DNA of 64,000 bases from positions 191,589 through 255,588 of the forward strand of contig CAVXUG010000006.1 in assembly GCA_963764905.1 (NCBI GenBank). The letters are read 5' to 3'. The notes under the pieces were generated by a model, which had not been told where the DNA came from, did not search any database, and saw only the letters and a list, made by a program, of their open reading frames with translations. Origin of the DNA: an uncultured Solirubrobacterales bacterium (GTDB taxonomy: Bacteria; Actinomycetota; Thermoleophilia; Solirubrobacterales; Solirubrobacteraceae). The translations under genes were made by a program, and so were the position numbers. Shown here one piece after another: positions 19,523 through 31,100 of this stretch. Every line of letters begins with the position of its first letter. Within the stretch, counting starts at the first letter, position 1.

Positions 19523-21737
19523 GCCGCCGTCTCGCTGCCGGGCGGTCTGCCGACCATGCTCTGCGCGCTGCTCGCGTTCGCCACACCGGCCCATGCGATC
19601 TACGGGCCGGCCGCGGGTGGGCTCGGCGCGGACATCGTGTCCGTCGACAACGCCTCCGACGAACAGGCCAACGCGCCGACGACCGATGCCGACATCTCGG
19701 CGAACGGGCAGTACGTGGTGTTCCAGACGAAGGCGACGAACTTCTTCGAAGACGACGGCGTCGCCGGCGGCGATCCCGAACCGCCGGGCGTGTGCCGCGA
19801 GGGCGGGATCTTCCGCTACGACCGCGACACCGGCGAACTGGCGCTCGTCGCCGACGGCACCGAGGTGGCGCTGAACGCGAAGGGCGAATGCGAACCGTCG
19901 CACGTGCTCGTCCGCGGCGCCGAGAACCCGTCGGTCAGCGCCGAAGGGCGTTACGTCGTTTTCTCCAGCGCCCAGCAGCTCGTCCCCCAGCGTCAACGAA
20001 CACAACGAAAACGTCGAGGTCTACGAGCGCGACATGGACGTGCCGCTCAGCGCCGATCGCGCGCAGTCGGGCGCGTACACGCTCGTCTCTGCGCAGAACG
20101 GCAGCGAACAGCCGCCCGTCTACGACAATGCGCTGGCCAGCTCCGCCGATACCGGGCGGCGATCCGGGCTCTGAACTGTGGCCAAACACCGCGATCAGCG
20201 CGAACGGCGAATACGTGCTGTTCCGCGCCGCCGAACTGCCCTCGAGCCTGCCCGCAGGCTCGATGCCCACGACCCCGCCCGACCAGCTGTTCGTGCGCGA
20301 CGTCGCAGACGAGGACGACCACGCTCGATGACGCGCAAGCAAGCAGGCGAACCCGAAGCAGGCGGACCGGCGGGCGGCGCCGAGGGACCCGCATCGCTCA
20401 GCGCCGACGGCTCGACCGTCGCCTGGCTGGGCTCGCATGCGCCCTCGCAGACCGTGTTTCTGCCGGGCGAGGATCTCGACGAAACGATCCCCTACTACCT
20501 GTGGCAACGCTGGCAGGAATCGGGTGCCCCCACGCGCCGCATCACGGGGATCGCCGACCCCGAAGACCCCGAATGCAAGCCCGGCGAAGGCGTCACCCAG
20601 AGCCCCACCGCGACCGGCCCCTGCTACGGGCCGCTCACCTACCCCGAGGCGAGCGTCACCGGCTCTGGACTCGCCGCCCAGCCTCAGCGCCGACGGCTAC
20701 ACGGTCGCGTTCCTGACCGGCAGCGGGCTGCGGCCGAACACGCTCAAGGCCGATGCGCTCGACCTGTTCCTGACGAGCATGGCTCCCGGCGTCACGCGCA
20801 AGGCGGGCACGCGCGAGCTGACGCTCGCCGTCAACGGCGCCCAGGGCGATGGCAACGCCCCGATCACCTCGCTGGCGCTCTCCGCCGACGGCTCGCGCAT
20901 CGCGTTCGTCTCCCAGCGTAACGCCTTCGTGCTGAGCGAACCGGCGCCGACCGGAAGCTTCAGCCAGCTTGCCCAGCAGAGCGAACTGTACGTGATCGAC
21001 CTGCCGGCGAACACGCTCGAACGCGCCGTTCTCGGGCTCGAAGGTGTCGAACAGAACGGCTCGACGCTCGCCGATCCGACGCTGACCGAAGACGGCTCGA
21101 CGCTCGCGTTCGTCTCGGAAGCGAGCAACCTGATCTTCGGCGACGCCAACGGCTTTTCCGACGCCTTTACCGCGACGCTTCAGGCGCCCGCCGGCACGGC
21201 CGCCCCGCCGGCCGGCGTCAACGCCGGCGTGGGAGGCTTCTCGCTGTCCGGTGTCTCCTCCCCCGAACTCGGCGTCTCCGTCAAGCGCGGCAAGGACGGG
21301 GGCGTGATCCTGCTCGTGGAGACGCCCGGCCCCGGCAAGCTGACCGTGCAGGCCCGTGGCTCGATCCCCAAGGCCGCGTCGGCGAAGGCGGCCAAGAAGG
21401 CCCGTGCGAGCAGCGCCGTCGCGGGCGCGTCGAAGACGAAGCGGGCCGCCAAGCAGAAAGCGACCGCCAAGCAGAAGTCCCCGCCCGCGGTCCTCCTCGC
21501 CGGCGCGTCCGCCGCCGCTCCCTCGGAGGGCACCACGACGCTCACGCTCCAGCTCTCCTCCAAGTACGCCGCCGATCTCCGCGTGCGGGCAAGCTCGAGG
21601 CCAACATCGTTATCGACTTCGCGCCGACGACCCCTTCTGAATCGACGCTCACCGACGAAGTCTCGGCGACGTTTGTCTCTGCCTCACCGGCGAACAAGTC
21701 CTCCGGTAAGGGCAAGGGGAAGGCGAAGAAGGGGTGA
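19519..21737 (+). CDS. Secreted TolB/PD40-like beta-propeller protein with basic C-terminal domain (frameshifted)
   Basis: Repeats ISANGQYVVF, VSAEGRYVVF, LSADGSTVAW, LSADGYTVAF, LSADGSRIAF; ends KGKGKAKKG*. Confidence 0.75.
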
Positions 21738-21800
21738 ATCAGACGCCCGGCGGCGGCGCGGACCGGTTGATTTCTCCTTGTTACCACCCTGTTACTAATT

Positions 21801-21826
21801 TGGCATCAAGTTGTAACTTGATGCCA
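21801..21826. promoter_or_regulatory. Perfect 12-2-12 palindromic operator upstream of the PstS-like gene
   Basis: TGGCATCAAGTT-GT-AACTTGATGCCA; preceded by GTTACC (21780) and GTTACT (21791), 11 bp apart. Confidence 0.65.
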
Positions 21827-21915
21827 CGGCGTTACCGGCGTGTGTATCTTCTGTGAACGGGTCTTGCGCTCGGGCGACGGTGCTGTGACACTCGCCTCGT
21901 TCCCGACCTCTGCTC

Positions 21916-24132
21916 GTGAAAGGACCTACCCTGCTCATGCGTGCAAGCCTTCCTCTGACCATCGAACGCGGTCGTATCCGTGCCACTCTGGCGGCTCTCT
22001 GTGCGCTGGCCACCCTGGCCGTCGTCGCGGCCGTCGCGCCGTCGCCGGCGCACGCGGCCTTCACTCTTGAAAAGTGCCAAGGAAGCGAAATCACGGGCGA
22101 GGGATCCTCGCTCCAGAAGCTCGCCCAGGCGAACTGGAAAGAACAGATCTTCGACACCACGATCTACGAAGGCTGCGGTGCGAGTGCGCCGAAGGTCACG
22201 TTCACGACGGCCAGCAGCGGATGCGGCCTCGACGCGATGGGCGCGGGTACTCCGGCCAGCAGTTGCACCTTCCCGGGCGCCACCAAACAGGAAGAATGGG
22301 AAAAACCGGGCTACCGCAACGAAGCCATCGGTTTTGGCGCTGCTGATTTTGCGCCAGACCCCACGGAAGAGGCGAATATCGACAACGGTCCCAACGGGGC
22401 AGGTCAGCCCGGCTCTGGTGAGGTTCACGTCATTCCGGTCGCCGGCGCCGCTATTACGGCAGTCGTGCACTTCCCCAACGGCTGTGCTCTGCAGAATCCG
22501 GCTCAAACAGGCGGTAACGGAAACACCAGCACCGGCGGCTACCCAGTACCGGAAGCGAAAGCCGGAGAAGTCAAAGCTGGAGAAGAAGATCGCAACAACG
22601 ATCCTACGGGCGCCTACACCGGAGACAAATTCTCCAACGCGACACTGCGTGTCCACATCCCGGACCAGAAGCTCGAGGAAGTCTGGCAAGGGCAAATAAA
22701 GACCTGGGGCGAAATCGTGCCGCAAGCTGACTTCCTGAGTGGGACAGCCAACTCGCAGGCAACGTGTGCGGCGACGCCGATCATTCGCATCGTCCGTGAA
22801 GACACCTCGGGTACGACCTACAACTTCAAGCACTTCCTGGCGCTGCTCCCGTTCTTTGGAAGTAAGGGCGGCGCGGCTCTCTGGACCTCGTCAGGCTCTG
22901 AAGTTGGCAGCAAGAACACGGCGTGGCCGCTCGGTGGCGCCACCGAAACCGGCATTCCGCCTTCGGTGGGCGGCAAAACGTCGGGTCACGAAAACGAATG
23001 CACTCTGGCCGAAAGCCCACAGCAGATCTGCCACGCGCTTGAAGGCAGCGGCGGCTCACTGTCCAATGGAGTCATCGCGACCAACGGCTCGATTGGCTAT
23101 CTCGATCTCGCCACGGCTCGTGAAAAGGGCTACAACATGACGCCCAACACGAGCGGCGTAGAAGCCAACAACGATCACCTCTACTGGATCCCGCTGCAGC
23201 CGGTCGAACCGCCTGCGTCGGAAAGCGCGACAGGCACAGTCGATACGAGCGTGTTTGTCGAGCCGACGGCGAAGTCGGAAGCACACGGCAGTGGCGGAGA
23301 CGAAACGAAGGGGGCCAACTGCTTCGGAGCCGCCTATCGCAACATCCCGAGCAAGGCCATCGAGCCCCAACGAAGACCCGACGCTCGCCGACTGGTCGAA
23401 AGCGATCGCTACGGGTGGGACGAAAGAAGCCATCGAAAAAGCGCCGACGACGGCTTATCCCGTGTGCGCGATCACGTATGACCTCGCATTTGACGATGAC
23501 GCGGCGGCCTACAAGAACACGCCAGAAGAGGAAAAGAGGGCACGCACGGTCAAGGACTACCTGACGTCCGTCGTCTCCTCAACCGGTCAGGGCGATCTGC
23601 CGGAGTTCGACTACGCCGCTCTGCCGCTCGAAATCGTTCATGACGCGCGAGAAGGGCGTCGAAGCGATCGGCTGGAACAAGTCGGCCGGGTCCAGTGGCG
23701 GTAGGTGGCGGCACAGTAACTCCGCCGGCGACCACCACGACAACCACCCCCACCCCAGGCGTCACCGCAACGACACCCCCGAGCAACACCTTCTCGATCG
23801 CAAGCGCGAAGGTCAAGGGCAAGGACATCGTGCTCTCGCTCGTGCTGCCGGACGCCGGCAAGGTGCAGGTCAAGGCGACCGGCGGTGGTGTGACGGTGTC
23901 GAGCGTGAGCGCGAGCGTCGGCGGCGGTCAGGGAACGGTGACGCTGCCGATCTCGAGCGCCGCGTTGAAGAAGCTCGCCAAGGCCAAGAGCAAGAAGCTC
24001 TCGGTGACGATCACGGTGACGTTCACACCGACCGGCGGCACGGCGGCGACGCAGACGAAGACGCTGACGGTGACGCAGGCCGCGGTCGCCAGCAAGGGCA
24101 AGAAGAAGACCAAGAAGCACAAGAAGAAGTAA
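21916..24132 (+). CDS. Large secreted PstS/DING-like phosphate-binding-domain protein with Thr/Pro linker, beta domain and poly-Lys tail (frameshifts near 23370 and 23680)
   Basis: GEGSSLQK, ASSGCG, FGAADFAP, REDTSGTTYNF, GSIGYLD, YPVCAITYDL; ends KGKKKTKKHKKK*. Confidence 0.8.
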
Positions 24133-26312
24133 GTGAGCTCGCCGAAGTCCTCGCCGTCTCCCACCCCGCCGGGCGGTTCGCCGTCCGGCGGGGTGCGTCC
24201 GCAGGTGCGCTCGGGCCTCGCGCACAGGCGCAACCCCGTGCTCGCCACGGCCGGCGACATCGCCGTCGGCGTGCGCCGGCTCGTCTTCCGCGACAAGCTC
24301 GCGCTGTTCCTGGCGCTCGCCACGGCCGCGCTGGCCGTCACGTTCTTCGTGCTGCTCGGGTCGATCGGCCCCTCCAGCCACGGCGTCGCAGCTGCCGATC
24401 AGCCGCGTGCTCGCGCTCGCCGAACACAAGCAGATCGCGACCGCGACGCTGCTCGACCACGACAACCGCGTCGAGGTCACGCTCAAGACCCCCGCCGCCG
24501 GGAGCGCGGCCACCGGGACGGCGGCCGGCGGGACCACGGCAGCCGAAATCGTCTCCGCCGGGGCCTCCGGACCCACGACCGCCGCCACGCCGGCGCCCCT
24601 CGAATACTGGGCCGCCTATCCGTCCTCGGGCGCGCAGACCCAGCAGCTCTTGCAGAGCCTCACGCGCTCCGGCGCGGTCGTCGCGATCGACCAGCAGTCG
24701 GGCAAGGCGCCGCGCGCGATCCTCGTGCAGTTCCTGCTGCCGATCCTGCTGCTCGTGTGCCTGTTCGCGCTGTTCATGCGGATCGGCGCCGACGGCGGCG
24801 CCGGCGGCATCGCCGCGTTCTCCGAGTTCACCGGCAAAGGGCGCAAGAAGGGCAAGGGCAAAACCGAAGCGATCACGTTCGCGGACGTCGCCGGCGCGGG
24901 CGAGGCGGTGGCGGAGCTGCGCGAGATTCGCGACTACCTGAATGACCCCTCGCGCTACCTGAACGTCGGCGCCGCCGCGCCGAAGGGCGTGCTGCTGGTC
25001 GGGCCTCCCGGTACGGGTAAGACGCTGCTGGCAAAGGCTGTGGCGGGTGAGGCGGACGCCTCCTTCTTCTCCCTCTCGGGGTCAGACTTCGTCGAGTCGC
25101 TCGTCGGCGTCGGCGCCGCGCGCGTACGCGACCTGTTCGCCAAGGCGCGCAAGACGGCGCCCGCGATCATCTTCATCGACGAGTTCGACGCCGCGGGGCG
25201 CAAGCGCGGCGCCGGCATCGGCCAGGGCAACGACGAGCGCGAGCAGACGCTGAACGCGCTGCTGGTCGAGATGGACGGCTTCTCCGGCGACGGCGGCCTG
25301 GTCGTGATGGGCGCGACCAACCGCCCCGACATCCTCGACCCCGCGCTGCTGCGTCCGGGTCGCTTCGACCGCCAGGTCACGATCGACGTCCCCGACGTGC
25401 ACGGGCGGTTGGAGATCCTGCGCCTGCACGGGGCCAAGCGCCCGCTCGGCCCCGACGTGTCGCTCGAGGAGATCGCGCATCAGACCCCGGGCTTCTCCGG
25501 CGCGGAGCTCGCGAACGTGATCAACGAGGCGGCGCTGCTGAGCGTGCGCGACTCGCACGAGCAGATCGACCAGGCGACGCTCGAGGAGGCGATCGATCGG
25601 GTCGTCTCAGGTCCCGGCCAAAAAGCACATCCTCACGCGCGAGGAGCGCTGGCTGATCTCCGTCCACGAGGCCTCGCACGCGGTCGTCACCGACGCGCTC
25701 GGCCATACGAGCTCGACCCGCAAGCTGTCGATCGTCGCGCGCGGGCGCACGCTCGGCACCGCGGCGCACATGCTCACCGACCGCGACCAGGTGATCCAGA
25801 CCGAGCCGGACCTGCAGCGCCAGCTGATCGTGATCGCGGCCGGGACGGCCGGCGAGCGGATCGCCTTCGGCAGCCTCTCGACCGGGGTCAGCGACGACCT
25901 GCACGCCGCGACGAGCCTCGCCCGCAGCATGGTCACCTCGTTCGGCATGTCCTCCGCGCTGGGGCCCGTGACGATCGGCGAGAAGGGCGGCGAGGTGTTC
26001 CTCGGCGCCTCGCTGCAGGACCTCGGCTCGGTCGGCCCCTCGACGCTCGACCTGATCGACCGCGAGGTCGAGCGCCTCGTCGGCGACGCCGAAGCGCGCG
26101 CCGCGTGGATCCTCGACCGCCACTGGAGCGCCGTCGAAGAGACCGCCCACGCGCTGCTCGAGCAGGAGACGCTGTCCGGCGTCGCGCTGGAGGCCGTTCT
26201 CGCCACCGTGGGAGAGGTGACGATGGAGGAGCTGCGCGACGTGCGCCGGCCCACGGCGCCCGAGCGAGACCGTCGTCCCTTTACCGAGCGAGACCCGGGG
26301 CGCAGACCTTGA
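24133..26312 (+). CDS. ftsH: FtsH-family ATP-dependent zinc metalloprotease paralogue (frameshifts near 24390 and 25620)
   Basis: Two TM segments; [57 protein letters not shown]. Confidence 0.88.
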
Positions 26313-28159
26313 TCGTGCGCCGGCGACGGCGCCCTCGCGCCGGCGGGCGGGCCGCAGGGAAGGCGTCGCCGTCCGTGCTCGCGGCGTGGATCGCTCTGAG
26401 CGCGCTCGCCGGGGCCCTGCTGGCGCCAGGCGCGGCACGGGCCGAAGCGAGCTGGCGGCTGGAACAGCCGCCACCGCCCGCGGGCGCCGCCTTCAAGGTC
26501 CCGCTCGGCACCCCCGACGACATGGAGTTCTACGCCCCCAACGAGGGGTTGCTCAGCGTCCAGGGCAACGCGGTCGTGGCCCGCCGGCCTGTTCTTCTGG
26601 AACGGACGCGACTGGCACCAGCTCTCGACCGTCTGCGGCGCCGCGGGCGAAGTCTCGCGCATCGCCTGGGCCGGGCCGGACGAATTCTGGGTCATCACCG
26701 AACCGAGCGAGCCGCGCGCCGGCGCCGGGCTCGGGCTGTGCCACTTCGAGGACGGCGTCGTCGTCGGCTCCTACTCGACCGCCTATCAGTCGCCTGAACC
26801 CTTCCGTCCGATGGATGCCGCCGCCTGCGACGGCCCGGATGACTGCTGGTTCGCGGGGATCGGCAGCGAGGACCCCTCCGGCCAGCACGTCGGCGCGTTT
26901 CACCTGCACTGGAACGGGACGAGCCTGATCAGCTCCTACCAGCCCCAGGGCCGCGGCGTCAGCGGCCTCGCGTTCTTCGACGGGACCTTCTACGAGAGCA
27001 CGTTCGTCGGCACCCAGGAGGGCGACACGACCGGCCCCGTGACGCTCGCAACGCCCGAGCCCGACGGCCCGGTCCTGATCCACAAGCTGGTCGACGAAAC
27101 GTTCACCGACGTCGGCTTCCTGCCGTACCCGTACCCGGGTGTATCCGACCGAAGGCACCGAGCTGCTGTCCGCCAAGTCCGACGGCAGCGACCTGTGGTT
27201 CTCCGGCGGCGGCGCCGCCTCTGGCCCGGCGGCCCCCAAGGAAGGCTCGGTTCCCAGTCCGCCGCTGGCGGTGCGTTACTCCGGCGCCTTCTTCCAGCAG
27301 GCCCCGATCGACACCTCGCTGTTCGGTCCGGAAGACCGCTTCGTCGACGTCGCCCCGGTGCCCGGCAGCGGAAACCGCCTGGGTCGCCGACCAGCCCTAC
27401 GCGCAGCGCGGCAGCTCGACGGCCACGGCCAAAGTCGCGCTGATCGGCCCCAACGCAGAAGACGAAACGCACCTGTACACGCTGCCCGTCAGCGGCGCGG
27501 GGCGCGGCAGCGCCCAGGTGATCGCCGCCACCGGCCCCGAAGAAGCCTGGATGGCGACATCGGCAGGCTGGATCTTCCACTACACCAACGGGACCGTCCT
27601 GCCCGAAGACACCGACCCCAACTGGGCCGGCACGATCACCGTGCGCCCGAACGAGTCGGTCGCGCAGTTCGTCCCCGACGCGCCCCCGCCCGATGACTCC
27701 GAACTGTTCGCGCCGCCGCCGGTGGCGGTCGAACAGGCGCCGAGCGTCGAAACGCCGGTGCCCGAGATCATCCCCGCGCTGTTGAAGGACATCAGGGTCT
27801 CCCGCCACGGGCTGACGGTGACCGTCAGCTTCAAGCTGGCGGGTCTGGCCGACGTCCAGCTCGTCGCCAAGCGCGACGGCAAGGTGATCGCCAAAACCGC
27901 GAAAGAGCGCCTGAAGGCCGGCAAGCACTCGCTCAAGCTGAGCTTCAGCGTCAAGCGCTGGCCGAGCGGGCTGAGCTTCAAGACCAAGGCGCTCGTCAAG
28001 CTCGAGCCCGTGCCGGCGACCGGCTGTGAAAACGAACCCTCCTCGGGGAGCGGCAGCAGCGGCACGGGACCGGATGCGGTCGCCACCGCCTGCGAAGCGG
28101 CCTCGCCCAGCTCCCCGGGCACGGGGCCGAACGCGGTCACCACGAGCCTGCGTCGATGA
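26309..28159 (+). CDS. Secreted Trp-rich beta-propeller-like protein with basic C-terminal beta domain (frameshifted)
   Basis: Signal ending AARA; repeats [33 protein letters not shown]. Confidence 0.65.
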
Positions 28160-31100
28160 GTCCCAGGCGCGCCCTTCACGGTCGCGGCGTCACGGTCGCG
28201 GGGCTGGTCCTGCTGGTGGCGCTCGGCACGGCCCACTACACCCACCTCCTCGGCGCGGGCGCCCGCGCCGACACGCCGGGCAGCGACCCGCAGCCGCAGC
28301 CCGTGCTCGGGACCGCCGACGCGAGCACCGTGCTGATGGGCGCCGCGACCGCCGGCGAACCGGGCGAAGCGTGGGCCTACCGCGTGCTGCCGCTGGACGT
28401 GCCGCCGCCCGCGGACGCCTCCGGGCGCGTGCAGTTCGCCGCGCCGCCTCCAGGCGGCTCACCGCCCGGGCAGCTCGTGTTCGAGCGTGCCACCGACGCG
28501 GACTCGGACTGGACGATCCAGGAAACGCCCGCTGAACGAAGAAGGGCAGCCCTACCGCGGGATGGCGCCCGACCGGCCCTCCGCACAGATCGCCCCGCAC
28601 GGCGGCGGGCTGCTCGTCGGCGAGGACTCGACGCGACCGTCGGGCAAGCAGGTCGTCGTGCTCGCGCGCGATCCCGGCGGGCGCTTTCAGGTGCTGCCTG
28701 AACCGCCCGCGGGCGTGCTGCCCGAAGCCGGCGAAGGCGGCGATCCGAACGCGGGGACGCTCGCCGAAGGCAACGGGACCGGCGCCGTCGCCGACGCGGC
28801 GTCGAAGACGAAGGCCACACCGAAGCGTTCTTCGGCGCGCTCGGGCGTAACAAAGACACGAGCGTGATCCGCTGGAACGGGACGCAATGGTCGCGCGAGC
28901 CGGTCGAACTGCCCAGCGGCTACGAGGGCTCGTTCGAGATCGTCGGGCTTGCCGGCAGCTCGCCGCAGAACCTGTACCTGCTCGGCAAGGCCAGCCCCGA
29001 AAGCGGCCTGGGGATGATGCTCTTCAAGCGCGTCGAAAAGGCGGGCGAAGGCCGTTGGGAACCGGTCGAACTGGGCTCGGCGCTGTTCTCGGCGAGCGCC
29101 ACCCCCGCGCAGGACGTCTCAGGCGTGGCGCCGCTTCGCCAGCCCCGCCCAGGGGCTGACGGTCTCAGACCAGGGCGTGTGGATCGACGGCAACCTGCAG
29201 GCGCCCGGCGGCGGCAGCGACGGGTATGACTTCACGCTCTACTACGACATCGCCGAAGGCAAGGTGACCGCGCAGCTGGTGCGACGCGCACGCGACGGGC
29301 GGGGAAGCGCTCTGCACGTATCCATTCGGGGCGCGCTTCGGCCGGCTCGCCGGCTATCGCAGCTTCGCCTTCGACGGGCCCGGGCTTCGGCTCGCGGATC
29401 ATCACCAACCCGCTGCAGCCGGGAGGCGAAGACTCGACCAACATGGGCTCCTACCTGAGCCTCGAAGGCACCACGTTTCAGCGGATGCCCGGCGCGGGTC
29501 CTGACGACGCGCCCGGCGGCGCCTTCTACAGCCCCGACCGACGGCTGGCTGGAAGGACCGGTGCAGATCACCTCGACGCCCGTGCCCCAGCGGCTGGCGA
29601 GCTGGCCCGTGTCCGCGCGCGCGCCGTTCACCGCCGTCGGCCCCGCGCCGGGTAGCACCCCGGGCGCCCCCGGCGCCCAGGCGCTCGCCGTCGGCGCCGA
29701 CGGCGTCGTCGCGCGCTACACCCCCGGACAGGGCTGGCAGCGCGAGTTCCTGCTGACGGACAGCGGCGCGGTCAGCTCGCCGACGCTGCGCGCTGTCGCC
29801 TGGCCGGAACCGAACCGCGCCTACGCCGTCGGCGACCTCGGCGCGATGTGGCTGTGGCGCGCGGAAACGGGGCTGTGGGAGACAGATCCCGCGGCGCCGC
29901 CGGCCGGCTTTCAGGGCGACCTCGATGGCATCGCCTTCGACCCCGACAACCCCGCGATCGGCTACGCCGTCGGGCAGAACGGGGCGCTGCTCCGCTACGA
30001 CAAGACCTGGACGCAGGAAGAACTGCCCGAACCGTTCCAGAAAGAGTCCCAGGAAGGGACCGAAGGGAAAGTGGAAGAGGGAGAGAAGGCGGACTTCAGC
30101 TCGATCGCGTTCGCCGGCTCGGAAGCGATGGTCGTCGCCGAACACGACCTGCTCGTCAACAGCGGCTCGGGCTGGCAGGTGCAACCGGAAGTGCAATCAC
30201 TGCTGGCAAGCCTGCCGAACACGCCGGAGCTCTACACCGTCTCGGGACTGCCCAACGGCGGCGCGGTGCTCGCCGGGCGCGACGTCGTACTCGAGCGCGA
30301 CAGCGCCGGGGCCCCGTGGCACTTCTCCGAACAACCGATCGTCGATGAGACCGCGGTCGCGGCGAGCGCCTACCTGGAAGGGGGGACCGTGCGCGCGGTG
30401 CTGTCGGTCGTGCCCGACTTCCAGTACCCGCCGACGCTTGTGCTGCCGCCAGTGCAACCGGACACGCCGCCGCCGCTGATCCCGCCCAACCCGCTGCCGG
30501 GCGACGGCTACCTGCTGCGCGAAACGCCAGGCGGCTGGGAGGACGAGGAGCGCGCCGCCTACGCCGGCGACAGCGAGGACAAGCCGGTCAAGACCGACCC
30601 GATCCTGGCGCTCGACCTCGGCCCGGAAGGGGCGGGCTGGGCGGTCGGCGGCTGGAGCGGCGAGGCCGACGACGCCGGGCGCGGCACGACCGCCAACGGC
30701 AGCGGCCAGACGATCCGCGAAAACGTGCAGACGGCGGGGATCTACAGCTACGCGTCGGCGGGCAACCCGCCGGGCCCGCCGGACACGGCCACTGCGCCGG
30801 TGCCGCTGAGCACCGGGGTGGCGACGTTCGCGGTCGCCGGCCACGCCGAGTGCGTGGAACCGTGCGCCGACCTCGCCGACGAGGGGATCGCGCCCGACCG
30901 CAACCTGACTGCCGCGTTGAGCGCGATCGACGGTCTCGCGAGCGAGCCGAACGGTCCGCGCGCGCTGCTCTACACGGGCGGGCGCGAGACGCCCGGCGAG
31001 GGGCCGGAGTCCGCCGCCGAGGCGAATCGCTTCGCGGAACTGCTCGCCCAGGGCGGGGGCCTGGGGGTGTTCCCGGCGGTCTCGCAGGGCGACTCCGAAG

